Shown one piece after another: positions 46,603-56,293 of a DNA stretch of 64,000 nucleotides. The stretch is taken from contig JBBKVM010000002.1 in assembly GCA_037968415.1 (NCBI GenBank), positions 6,030 through 70,029 on the forward strand, read 5' to 3'. This stretch comes from Bacteroidia bacterium (GTDB lineage Bacteria; Bacteroidota; Bacteroidia; AKYH767-A; JBBKVM01). Position 1 is the stretch's first letter; each line of letters opens with the position of its first letter. The notes under the pieces are model-generated. The model was not told the origin of the DNA, searched no databases, and saw only the letters and a program-made list of their open reading frames with translations. The position numbers and the translations under genes are program-made.

Positions 46603-47045
46603 ACACCTGAAACCTAACCATGAAACCAAAAAACTGTCTTTGTTTCATTCAAATGGTCCCCGGCCTTACGGGGCCGGTTCACATCTGAAACCTAACCTTG
46701 AAACCAATCTTAAATTTCCTGTTTCCCTTTTCATCCAGATGGTTCCCGGCCTTACGGGGCCGGTTCACATCTGAAACCTAACCTTGAAACCAATCTTAAA
46801 TCTCCTCTGTTTCTCTTTTCATTCAGATGGTTCCCGGCCTTACGGGGCCGGTTCGCATCTGAAACCTAACCTTGAAACCAATCTTAAATTTCCTGTTTCC
46901 CTTTTCATTCAGATGGTCCCCGGCCTTACGGGGCCGGTTCACATCTGAAACCTAACCATGAAACCAATCTTAATATCTTAACTCTCTTTTCAATTTTCAG
47001 ATGAAGTCCGACCTTACGGGGTTGGTTCACACCTGATACCTAACC
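46603..47045. repeat. tandem array of ~5 copies of an ~86-bp unit, each containing a GC hairpin (CCGGCC-TTACGG-GGCCGG)
   Basis: The unit CACATCTGAAACCTAACCTTGAAACCAATCTTAAATTTCCTGTTTCCCTTTTCATTCAGATGGTYCCCGGCCTTACGGGGCCGGTT repeats head-to-tail. Unit boundaries are near 46603, 46680, 46766, 46854 and 46940, and the last copy is degenerate. Both ends carry sequence drift but the hairpin is conserved. The array sits between the convergent 3' ends of the GT4 gene and the 47066-47587 gene. No ORF of 60 aa or more lies in it. Confidence 0.8.
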
Positions 47046-47065
47046 AATTAATTATCTTATGTAAA

Positions 47066-47587
47066 CTAGTTGTTGTTCAAATTTTGAATGGATGCAGTTG
47101 ACACTTTCTGTTTTCCATCGCTATTCATCACTGGCAATGCGGCAGTCATTATTTCGGGTTGATTGTTGATACCCACACGCGACAATCTGTAGTATGCAGC
47201 ACCGCTTATTGGCTCGTGATCAATCCAGCTGTATAGCAATTCTAATCTTGAAGCCATCACTTCCTTAAACCCTATCGCTGAAAACGATTTCCCATCTGTT
47301 GAGCGCTCCACCAAATAAATTCCATCATTGGTCTCCCCTTTTACCATCCAGTTTATATAAACCTTGCCTGTATTAAACACTACGTTGATGTTTGACACAT
47401 TCTGACTCACTGATTTAGAGCTAGAGAAATTCTCTACATTCTCCTGGCGTTGCGCCATTGATGTAAGAGAAAATGCAAGTGCTGTTACCAACAATATTGT
47501 ATTCAGCTGAATGCGTGGGAATGATAAAAGAATTCGCTTAGAGATCACGCTGCTTTTTTTAAGGATTGCTAATTTTTTGTTTTTCAT
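47066..47587 (-). CDS. hypothetical secreted protein
   Basis: 173 aa with a hydrophobic signal-like segment (ILLVTALAFSLTSMAQ). No recognised family. Confidence 0.45.
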   Translation of the reverse strand: MKNKKLAILKKSSVISKRILLSFPRIQLNTILLVTALAFSLTSMAQRQENVENFSSSKSVSQNVSNINVVFNTGKVYINWMVKGETNDGIYLVERSTDGKSFSAIGFKEVMASRLELLYSWIDHEPISGAAYYRLSRVGINNQPEIMTAALPVMNSDGKQKVSTASIQNLNNN

Positions 47588-48013
47588 TTTTGGGATCGTT
47601 TATGATACAATGATACAGCCCATTTTGAGCGTGATTATACACAAGTGGCTCACTCCTTTGCACATGTAAGAAAATCGAATTCTTACCTCGGTTTCTAATA
47701 CTCATTACAAGGCTATGGAAGCCACTATAATCCTTTTCACATAAGGATTTCGGCTTATTTATCCGCTCTAAAAAATATCTTATGTGGTGAAACAAGAATG
47801 CAATAAACCAGCCGAATTGATGTAAAAAAGCCCTCTTGATGAGAGACTATTACCGGTTTTCTAACAAAACCATGCCAACGGGCCTCATCCTACTATCCAT
47901 AAACAGGTCCTCCCCCAGCTTAAAAACTGAATGAATATCCTTGATTTTTCTTTATTCCAAAAAAACAGCCCCAAAACATGGGGCTGAATCTACAAATAGT
48001 ATGTATTGACTAT

Positions 48014-48574
48014 TTACATCTTATTTTTGTCTGACATCATCGCCATAGTTGCACTCATTTCAGCATGGTTGTTTCCTTCTTTCTCCATCTCTTCATTCAT
48101 TGCCGACATCATTGCGTCCATTTTTGCCTGCAACTCGCCCATATTAGCACGCATCGAATCTAATTTGGCCTTGGCATCTTCTTCTTTTACTTTTCCAGCG
48201 TCTACATCGTTTTTCCAGGCTGCAAATTCACTGGTCATGGTTTCCATATTGGCCATTGCTGCTACACCTTCTTCCTTCAACTTATTGAGCGCCTCGGTTG
48301 AAGCCTCGCAGCGCGCCATGTGTTCGGCCGCTTTTGACATCATTTCTGAATTCATGTCACCAGGAATGTTTGCTTTTATCTCATTATGCGAATTATCAAG
48401 CCCTGCTGCCGTACTATTAAGTGTTTCCATGGCGCCAGCCATATTGGTGCTCATGGCTTGCCAGTCATTACTGAATTGATCGATATCGGCTTTTACTTCA
48501 TCGCTCATCTTATTGGCACAAGCCGACAGGAGAGCCATAACAAATACCAAAATGGAAATTTTAGCTGTTTTCAT
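48014..48574 (-). CDS. methionine-rich alpha-helical lipoprotein
   Basis: Lipobox MALLSAC. About 27 Met in 186 aa, in recurring A/S-x-M-x(3)-M spacing (AMSTNMAGAMETL, MDAMMSAMNEEMEKE, MSATMAMMSDKNKM). The antisense ORF at 48006-48479 is considered spurious. Confidence 0.55.
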   Translation of the reverse strand: MKTAKISILVFVMALLSACANKMSDEVKADIDQFSNDWQAMSTNMAGAMETLNSTAAGLDNSHNEIKANIPGDMNSEMMSKAAEHMARCEASTEALNKLKEEGVAAMANMETMTSEFAAWKNDVDAGKVKEEDAKAKLDSMRANMGELQAKMDAMMSAMNEEMEKEGNNHAEMSATMAMMSDKNKM

Positions 48575-48752
48575 ATTATTTAGTTTAGTTGTTTTTCAAT
48601 GTGATTGTAAAATTAAGAAATAAAAGGCTCGCCCACCATCAATTTATCTCTACAGAACAATTGGATTGCAGCCATACTATATAAGGTGTGCAATGTTTAG
48701 TAACTTTGCGGCACTACGCCTACACCTAATATATAGAGCGTTTGTCAATACT

Positions 48753-49976
48753 ATGAATGATTCAAAGATGCCCTTAAACAGCATACCAGAAGCCCTGGAA
48801 GACATCAAAAACGGGAAACTGGTAATAGTCGTGGATGATGCCGACCGAGAAAATGAAGGTGACTTTGTAACAGCAGCTGAAAACGTAACACCTGAGATCA
48901 TCAATTTTATGGCTACACAAGGGCGCGGATTGATTTGTGCTCCTTTGACCGAAGAACGCTGCGATGAATTGGGGCTTGAATTGATGGTATACAAAAATAC
49001 ATCATCGCACAAAACGCCCTTTACCGTTTCTGTAGATTTAATAGGCCACGGTTGCACCACCGGAATTTCGGCCAGCGACCGTGCAAAGACGATTCAATTT
49101 CTTGTGGATCCCAAAACAGATCCTGCCGAATTGGGCCGTCCGGGACATATATTTCCCCTCAGAGCCAAAAGCGGTGGCGTGCTTCGCAGATCGGGGCACA
49201 CCGAAGCTACAGTGGATTTGGCGCGTATGGCCGGATTTAAGCCAGCCGGGGTGTTGGTGGAGATTTTGAACGATGATGGCACCATGGCCCGATTACCAAA
49301 CCTGCTGAAGATTGCCGAGCGGTTTGATCTTAAAATCATATCTATTGAAGACCTTATAGCTTACCGCCTACTTACCGAATCGCTGATTGAAAAGGAAGTA
49401 ATGGTTGACTTGCCCACCAAATACGGGGATTTCAAGTTGCATGCATACAAGCAAATAAATACGGGGCAAGAACATCTTGTATTGACACGTGGGGAGTGGC
49501 AAAAAGACGAACCTGTGCTCGTGCGTGTTCATTCATCATGTCTGACAGGCGATGTGTTCGGATCGTGCCGGTGCGACTGTGGACCTCAGTTGCAGCAGGC
49601 CATGCAAATGATAAATGCAGCGGGCAAAGGCGTGATTGTATATATGAATCAGGAAGGGCGTGGCATTGGGTTGTTGAACAAACTTAAAGCATACAAACTG
49701 CAGGAGGAAGGTTACGACACCGTAGAAGCGAATGTGAAATTGGGATTCAGGATGGATGAAAGAGATTATGGTGTAGGTGCGCAAATGCTGCGTGATCTGG
49801 GTGTAACGAAAATGAAATTGATTACAAACAACCCAACTAAGCGCGCAGGACTAATTGGTTATGGACTCGAAATAGTTGAAAATGTGGCAATTGAAATTGA
49901 ATCCAATAAACACAACCAGAGCTATCTAAAAACAAAAAGAGACAAGATGGGTCACGCCATCAAGCTTTCATCATAA
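48753..49976 (+). CDS. ribBA: bifunctional 3,4-dihydroxy-2-butanone-4-phosphate synthase / GTP cyclohydrolase II
   Basis: DHBP synthase motifs ([14 protein letters not shown]...GLICAPL) followed by the GTP cyclohydrolase II zinc site ([20 protein letters not shown]). Confidence 0.9.
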   Translation: MNDSKMPLNSIPEALEDIKNGKLVIVVDDADRENEGDFVTAAENVTPEIINFMATQGRGLICAPLTEERCDELGLELMVYKNTSSHKTPFTVSVDLIGHGCTTGISASDRAKTIQFLVDPKTDPAELGRPGHIFPLRAKSGGVLRRSGHTEATVDLARMAGFKPAGVLVEILNDDGTMARLPNLLKIAERFDLKIISIEDLIAYRLLTESLIEKEVMVDLPTKYGDFKLHAYKQINTGQEHLVLTRGEWQKDEPVLVRVHSSCLTGDVFGSCRCDCGPQLQQAMQMINAAGKGVIVYMNQEGRGIGLLNKLKAYKLQEEGYDTVEANVKLGFRMDERDYGVGAQMLRDLGVTKMKLITNNPTKRAGLIGYGLEIVENVAIEIESNKHNQSYLKTKRDKMGHAIKLSS

Positions 49977-49977
49977 A

Positions 49978-52900
49978 TTAAGGTGTGGAGATGCTTTCAA
50001 CCGGTGGTTCACTGGTTTCTTCCTCCGGCTTCAGAGGTTGATCATTGGCGGGCTGCGATTTTACTCTCTTCAACAGTTCTTTCAGACTATTGAATTCGCG
50101 GCCATAAAATATACCTACACCTTGTGTATAGGGCGCAATGTTGTTAAGCAATCCTGTATTGTTTGATCTGTTGAATGCCTTCAGCCGCAACCGGCCATCG
50201 GGACTCACTTTATATTCTACAGTAAAGTCACCTACAATATTGCCGGCATATTGATCTTTGGCCACCCCTACGTTTCCATCGAGTATCAACCTTTGATTGA
50301 AAATTTCAGTGCTCACCATCAACTCCACTTCTTCTCTGCCCACCGCATCTCCCGCCCTGTAGTTGACACCTAAATTAACATCATTACTAATCTGTGATAT
50401 CCAATTGCTCAATTGATTGGATAATAGTTCGCTTACATTGGCTGATACGCCTGCATTATAATTAGAGCTAAAGCCACTTGGGGGCGCAAATCTATTCATC
50501 ACAAGCAATGAAAATACCTGCCTGTTCATGTCCTGCTCATTGTTCACCAGATTCTGGATCTGATCTTCAATGCCTACGGGTGCGGTGGGAACTTCAATGT
50601 CGAAAGTAATGTTGGGATTCAATAACTTATTCTTCATATTAAGTATCACATTTACCGGCACGCGCGAACTTATAGAATCGGCTTCAGGAAAAAGCTCCTG
50701 CATTGAAGCCTTCAGTTTATAAACTGCATTAATGTCCACAATGGCATCGTAGGGATCGCCACTCCATGTGATCACACCTCCTCTTGCAATACGGAATCGT
50801 TTGTTGATTACATTCTGTAGAGTAAATAAATAATCTCCTGACTCTACCACATAGGTGCCATACATATTGAAATCACCCAGAGTGTTGATTTCCAAGCGCA
50901 GGTTTCCAGATCCGTTTCCTTTTATAATGTCTCCTATTTGAGGATCAAAAATCAATTGCACTTCTGCGGCAGGAGTAATTTCCAATTCAAGATTCAATTC
51001 AATGCCACTCATATTAGCCTGATAAGGATCCACATTCACCTGTATGGTATCGTGGCTGATAAAGTGTATAAATGAAGTTGCATAAACTTCTTCTGGATTG
51101 TTTAGCGGAATAAATATTTGCGTTCCTTTTTCGGATTTTGCCGCTACGTCTATTTTCAATTTCTCTACTGGTCCACTAAATGCAATTAATCCCGAAGCAT
51201 ATGCTGAACCATAAAACAACTCGTTGTCTGATTGTTTTGTATCCAACACCTGTAAATTGGATGTAGTTATGGTAAAATCAAGTCTAAGTTTCTTAAAGTT
51301 GTCATGCAAAATTGCCCCGCTTGCGGTTGCTGTATTCCCTTCTGAATCGTTCAACAACATATTACGAAAAGCAATTCGTTGCTTATCAAATACTATTTCG
51401 TCAGCAAAAGAGTATCGTGTTTTCAAGTAATCAACCGTAAAACTTGTTTTCTGCAAACTAATTTTACCAAGCAGCGTTGGATCTTCAATGCTCCCTATGA
51501 GCTTCAGCCGCCCGCTTGCCACGCCTTTTAACTCCGAAAATACTCCCCTTACAAAAGGCTCGAACACTTTCACGTACAGTTTATTTATATCAATAGTAAA
51601 GTCAATATTATTTGATTTCTTGGCAGTATTGTAAGTCCCGCTAATTTCAAGTGTGCGAAGCACATTTTGCATTATTATTGCATTAAGCAGCACGACTTCA
51701 GCCTTTCGATCCCACACACTGGTCAGGAACAGAGTACCCATCGGTTCATCACCGAATTTGAAATTTTCTATTGTGATGTTGGAATCTATTTGTGGTTTTT
51801 TCTTGACCGAAGAAATCTGAGCGTAGCCATCTATCAGGCCGGTCATTCTGAGCCCTGCCATGGCCAGCAGTGGCTTAAAATTCACGAGATCAAGTTGTGT
51901 GAATGTGAGGTTGAGTTTATCGGCAGGTTCATCCGAAATAATTCCTGTCAGTTGTACAAACTGAGATTTATTACTAAAAGCAAAGTCAGTAAAACTCAAT
52001 GCATCTTTGGTAATCAACAGTTGATTATTAGCGTTGATCTGCCAAGGTGTATTATTCAGCAACAATTGCCCCGGCAACAATTTTACATTGAGATCATAAT
52101 TCGCATTGATTGTTGTATTAGCCGTTATGTTGAAACGCGTGCTCGATGTGTCAAAATCAGCCAATCGTACATTTGTCAAAAACCCATCAGACAAAGATTG
52201 GGCTGAAACAAATAAACTATCAAATGACAATGCTTTATTAGTAACAATATGCGCTGCGTTTGCATCAAGAAAGAGCTTACCAGCAGTTGTATTGGCTACC
52301 AAATTCAACTCATCAAATGAGTTCCCTTCAATTTCCAATTTATCGGTATGCGATTGAAAGGTTAAATAGTTTTCATCGGTCTTAAACTCTCCTTTTAGTG
52401 TGGTATTGTTTGCCAATGTCAAAACAGGTAGAAACATATCAGTCACCTGGTTTGTGTTTTTCAACTTGACATCAAAAGAAAAATTTTGTCTAACATTTGA
52501 TTTGGCATTTACGCGAGGGTATGTCTCAATTATTTGGCCCAGAAAATACTCAAATGAAACAGGCAATGAAGCGAGGTTAAAATCTCCCACCAATGAGATG
52601 TCAGCTACATCACTTGACATATCAAATGTTCTGATTCTATCTCCAATGTTGCTGCTTATGCTTATAGTATCTGCATTCAGGTTCTTGCTATTCTCGGCAT
52701 AAGAAAAATTGGTAATGTGTGCGGTGCCTTGCACATTGTCTATGCTATTCCCGGAAAATTGTAATCTTACGTCAGCGGATAAAATAGAACTTGGATCTCT
52801 GTCAATCAAGTTGAGCTTTGCCAAACGTGTATTGGTGAGTTTCGCTTTGAGGTCGAACTCAGGAAGCTTGGGATTCATGTTAATGCTACCATCGAAAGCG

Positions 52901-54387
52901 AGATCCACATTATCGTCTGCTACGTTGAGCTGCCCTTGAAATTCGCCTTTGGCAACCTGCCCATCAACCACTATGTTTTTGTAGTTATAACCTTTTACAA
53001 AAAATTCGTGGACGCTTCCTTTTAAGTTAGCATTCACGTCATCAAGGGTAAAGCCACTTCCATTAATATCCGCGTCCAATGAAATACTTCCAAAATTCTG
53101 TGGGTCGCTCAAGAATGTGCCTAACTCAAAATTTCTTGCTGCTACATGACCATTGTAAGAAGTGGTTTTACGCTCACGATTGTACTTCAAATTAATGTCG
53201 GATGACACATGCCCAATGGAAGTATGAAGATTTCCATAAGCCACGAAATCATTAGGGAATCCGTTAAACTTACCATCAATTTTCACTCGACCCAATGCTT
53301 TGATATTGGCGGGCAACTCGAGCATTTTCTTATCTGCGAAAGGCGGCACCGGTATGGTGACCAGATCGGCTTGTGATGTATAAAATTCGTTTACCACCAG
53401 GTCAATGTATGTTTCATGGATATGTGGCAAACCGGTGAGGCTCACATTGCCTGTGAAAGTGGTAGACTTTCCATATGAAAAGCTCACATTCCTTCCTTTT
53501 AACTGATCCACCCGGCCGCGTACATCACCAGTAAAGGTAATGGTGCGGTCCAGATCATTTAGCTCGCGCGCAAAATATGCAACGTCTTTTGATGCAATAG
53601 CGGATGCTTTGAATGAAGCGCGTATGTTCACTTCGCTTATAAAATGGTCGAACTGATTCCAATTCTCGTACTCAAAAGCAATGTTGGTGAACACAGAGGA
53701 GTGAGGTGTTTGCACAACCAGGTTTCTGAAATCCATTCCTTGTGGGGAAATGAATACTACGGCCGACAAGTTATTTACTTTAAAACCGCTGTGATCAGCG
53801 AATTTTATTTTCCCGATTTGCGTGATGATGGAATCACCTTCTATTCTTACATCGCGGAAGCTGGCATCCAGTCCATCTATTTTTAAGTGGTTAAAATCAA
53901 CCCCTGTAGCAAGCCGTTCTTTATTCTGATTTTCTCGTGTGAAAGAAAAATTATTTATCGTAATACCATCCGCGCCAATGTTCCATCCGGGTGTAGCCAC
54001 AGTGTCTTTTTTTTCGGATGAAAAATAATTGAGTAAAAAATGAATATTGCTTTTTTCTTCACCAGCGTATGTTATCAGCTTAAAATTGGTTGCGTTAAGC
54101 GATATTCTACTCAATTGAATTATTTGCTTTTCACGATCAATTTTCTTGAGATTAACTGATAGTTCATCTGCATATATAAGCGTGTCGCCATGCAAGTCTT
54201 CAATATATAATCCTTTCAATACCACGTTGTTGATGAGGCGAATTTTTAACCTTGAAATTTCAACACGTGTGCCTAACTCTTTTGATAAAAAAACCGTAGC
54301 GCGTTGGGCCATCCATGTCTGTACTCTTTCGGAAGAAAGCAGCAAGTTGATGGTCACTACGATTAGCGTAACCAACAATACGACCAC
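49978..54387 (-). CDS. TamB-like translocation and assembly module protein (AsmA-like/DUF490)
   Basis: 1469 aa. An N-terminal TM anchor (MVVLLVTLIVVTINLLL) and a long beta-rich body. The C-terminal region resembles DUF490. Confidence 0.7.
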   Translation of the reverse strand: MVVLLVTLIVVTINLLLSSERVQTWMAQRATVFLSKELGTRVEISRLKIRLINNVVLKGLYIEDLHGDTLIYADELSVNLKKIDREKQIIQLSRISLNATNFKLITYAGEEKSNIHFLLNYFSSEKKDTVATPGWNIGADGITINNFSFTRENQNKERLATGVDFNHLKIDGLDASFRDVRIEGDSIITQIGKIKFADHSGFKVNNLSAVVFISPQGMDFRNLVVQTPHSSVFTNIAFEYENWNQFDHFISEVNIRASFKASAIASKDVAYFARELNDLDRTITFTGDVRGRVDQLKGRNVSFSYGKSTTFTGNVSLTGLPHIHETYIDLVVNEFYTSQADLVTIPVPPFADKKMLELPANIKALGRVKIDGKFNGFPNDFVAYGNLHTSIGHVSSDINLKYNRERKTTSYNGHVAARNFELGTFLSDPQNFGSISLDADINGSGFTLDDVNANLKGSVHEFFVKGYNYKNIVVDGQVAKGEFQGQLNVADDNVDLAFDGSINMNPKLPEFDLKAKLTNTRLAKLNLIDRDPSSILSADVRLQFSGNSIDNVQGTAHITNFSYAENSKNLNADTISISSNIGDRIRTFDMSSDVADISLVGDFNLASLPVSFEYFLGQIIETYPRVNAKSNVRQNFSFDVKLKNTNQVTDMFLPVLTLANNTTLKGEFKTDENYLTFQSHTDKLEIEGNSFDELNLVANTTAGKLFLDANAAHIVTNKALSFDSLFVSAQSLSDGFLTNVRLADFDTSSTRFNITANTTINANYDLNVKLLPGQLLLNNTPWQINANNQLLITKDALSFTDFAFSNKSQFVQLTGIISDEPADKLNLTFTQLDLVNFKPLLAMAGLRMTGLIDGYAQISSVKKKPQIDSNITIENFKFGDEPMGTLFLTSVWDRKAEVVLLNAIIMQNVLRTLEISGTYNTAKKSNNIDFTIDINKLYVKVFEPFVRGVFSELKGVASGRLKLIGSIEDPTLLGKISLQKTSFTVDYLKTRYSFADEIVFDKQRIAFRNMLLNDSEGNTATASGAILHDNFKKLRLDFTITTSNLQVLDTKQSDNELFYGSAYASGLIAFSGPVEKLKIDVAAKSEKGTQIFIPLNNPEEVYATSFIHFISHDTIQVNVDPYQANMSGIELNLELEITPAAEVQLIFDPQIGDIIKGNGSGNLRLEINTLGDFNMYGTYVVESGDYLFTLQNVINKRFRIARGGVITWSGDPYDAIVDINAVYKLKASMQELFPEADSISSRVPVNVILNMKNKLLNPNITFDIEVPTAPVGIEDQIQNLVNNEQDMNRQVFSLLVMNRFAPPSGFSSNYNAGVSANVSELLSNQLSNWISQISNDVNLGVNYRAGDAVGREEVELMVSTEIFNQRLILDGNVGVAKDQYAGNIVGDFTVEYKVSPDGRLRLKAFNRSNNTGLLNNIAPYTQGVGIFYGREFNSLKELLKRVKSQPANDQPLKPEEETSEPPVESISTP

Positions 54388-54462
54388 AAGTAATATCTTC
54401 CTTAAGTTTTTGATAATTTTGAAACGAATAAAGGGGACTTATAATTACACAAAGCTAATCAA

Positions 54463-55497
54463 TTGAGAACAGTGGATGCGGAAGCACGTACATATATACT
54501 AGGTATAGAATCATCTTGCGATGATACTTCTGCGGCCGTATTGTGTAATGACAAAGTCCTTGCCAATGTGGTGGCGGGGCAGGACATTCATAAGCTATAT
54601 GGTGGTGTGGTACCTGAGTTGGCATCACGTGCGCATATGGCCAACATAGTGCCAGTAGTAAGTGAGGCCTTGAGGCAAGCAAACATTGACAAGAGCCAAT
54701 TAAGCGCAGTGGCCTTTACGCGCGGGCCGGGCCTTATGGGCGCACTGCTGGTGGGCACATCTTTTGCCAAATCGCTGGCGCTAGCCTTACGCATACCACT
54801 TATAGAAGTGAATCATATGCAAGCACATGTGATGGCTCATTTTATTGCTGACCCTGATAAGCAAAAACCACCCTACCCATTTCTTTGTTTGACCGTGTCG
54901 GGCGGGCACACCCAAATCGTAAAAGTAAACGGATACAATAAAATGGAGGTGCTCGGCACCACGCGCGATGACGCTGTGGGCGAGGCTTTCGACAAGGCTG
55001 CTAAAACCTTGGGATTGCCATACCCCGGAGGTCCGCTCATAGATAAATATGCCGCGCTAGGAAATGCCTCCGCTTTTAAATTTCCTTTCCCGCGCATCGA
55101 TGGTTTGGATTATAGTTTTAGCGGTTTGAAAACTGCCATACTTTATTTCGTGCGCGACTCAATAAAAGTAGATGCACAATTCCTTGACCACAACTTGAAT
55201 GATTTATGCGCGAGCATCCAACACACAATCGTTTCCATATTGATAGATAAATTTCTGGCTGCAGGCGCACAAACCGGCATCACACATTTGGCGCTGGCAG
55301 GTGGTGTGTCGGCCAACAGCGGCCTGCGCGCGGCACTGCATACCGAGTGCGAAAAGCAGGGGTTGCAAGCATACATTCCTAAATTTGAATACTGCACAGA
55401 CAATGCGGCCATGATCGGAATTGCAGGGTATTACAAGTTTCTTGACGAAGACTTTGCCCCACAAAGCATCACAGCCATTGCCCGGTACCCCATTTAG
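54463..55497 (+). CDS. tsaD: tRNA N6-adenosine threonylcarbamoyltransferase
   Basis: ILGIESSCDDTSAAV N-terminus and Kae1/TsaD metal-binding motifs (…NHMQAHV…GGVSAN..L…). Confidence 0.9.
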   Translation: MRTVDAEARTYILGIESSCDDTSAAVLCNDKVLANVVAGQDIHKLYGGVVPELASRAHMANIVPVVSEALRQANIDKSQLSAVAFTRGPGLMGALLVGTSFAKSLALALRIPLIEVNHMQAHVMAHFIADPDKQKPPYPFLCLTVSGGHTQIVKVNGYNKMEVLGTTRDDAVGEAFDKAAKTLGLPYPGGPLIDKYAALGNASAFKFPFPRIDGLDYSFSGLKTAILYFVRDSIKVDAQFLDHNLNDLCASIQHTIVSILIDKFLAAGAQTGITHLALAGGVSANSGLRAALHTECEKQGLQAYIPKFEYCTDNAAMIGIAGYYKFLDEDFAPQSITAIARYPI

Positions 55498-55837
55498 CCC
55501 CAAAATCAAAACTTCGTTCTTTTCGATGATTCAAATTGTACATGCATGACGCTACAATCCTTTACTGTATTGGGTTACAGCGAATCTTAACTCCGCTTCA
55601 AATACACCATTTTATTGACATGTCACAATGTAGACTGGTAGCGGACTACAGGATAATGGCCGCATGAAAGCCAATGGGAATAGGCCTTTTGAGAATAAAA
55701 TCATAGAATGCTGTTTTTCAGCTTGTTACAGGGCTCAATTGGCGTAAACAATAGGAAATATAGGCACTTTATGAACAGGCTAACACCGAATTGTTAATAA
55801 AATCAGGGGTTTCAGGCCTCTTTTTTTTCTAAAACAC

Positions 55838-55869
55838 TTGCTGAAAGCGAGTTTCAATGTTTATATTTG
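55838..55869 (+). promoter_or_regulatory. putative Bacteroidota-type promoter of the HU gene (TTG -33 element, 21-nt spacer, TAnnTTTG -7 element)
   Basis: TTG at 55838-55840 and TATATTTG at 55862-55869, about 50 nt upstream of the HU start codon. This matches the Bacteroidetes sigma-A consensus TTG-N19-21-TAnnTTTG. Confidence 0.3.
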
Positions 55870-55918
55870 TTGCATAATAGTTCTTAACCATTTATTTATT
55901 AACCTAAAATTTATTAAA

Positions 55919-56191
55919 ATGAACAAAGGTGATTTAATTAAGAAGATTTCAACTGATGCAAAAGTAACCAAGGTTCAAGCGCAAGCTGCTTTGAATTCTT
56001 TCATCACTGCTACCACTGGTGCATTGAAGAAAGGTGACAAAGTTACTCTGGTTGGTTTTGGCACATTTGCAACTTCTAAGCGTTCTGCAAGAAAAGGCAG
56101 AAACCCTCAGACTGGCAAGCCAATCAACATTCCTGCAAAGAAAGTTGTTAGGTTCCGTGCTGGAACTGAGCTTTCGAAGAAAGTGAAGTAA
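55919..56191 (+). CDS. HU family DNA-binding protein
   Basis: 90 aa: MNKGDLIKKIS......KVQAQAALNSF.....LKKGDKVTLVGFGTF....SARKGRNPQTGKPINIPAKKVVRFRAG.EL. The ORF caller's longer 5' extension is unlikely. Confidence 0.85.
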   Translation: MNKGDLIKKISTDAKVTKVQAQAALNSFITATTGALKKGDKVTLVGFGTFATSKRSARKGRNPQTGKPINIPAKKVVRFRAGTELSKKVK

Positions 56192-56214
56192 TCTTACTTT
56201 CCTTTAAAAGTATG

Positions 56215-56247
56215 AACGCTCCGATACATATCGGAGCGTTTTTTTTT
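56215..56247 (+). terminator. intrinsic terminator after the HU gene
   Basis: AACGCTCCGATAcataTCGGAGCGTT followed by TTTTTTT. Confidence 0.7.
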
Positions 56248-56293
56248 GAATCAGTATCAAATCTGTTTTTATAATTTTGCAAAAAAAGAATCC

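Noticed and set aside
46603-47045. CRISPR array
   Set aside because: The whole ~86-bp unit, including the would-be spacer part, repeats with only point differences. There are no unique spacers and no cas genes nearby. It is called a tandem repeat instead.
48575-48752. FMN (RFN) riboswitch upstream of ribBA
   Set aside because: Conserved RFN segments, for example GGATGGGAG... and CCCGAC..., are absent from the leader. It is probably just a promoter region.
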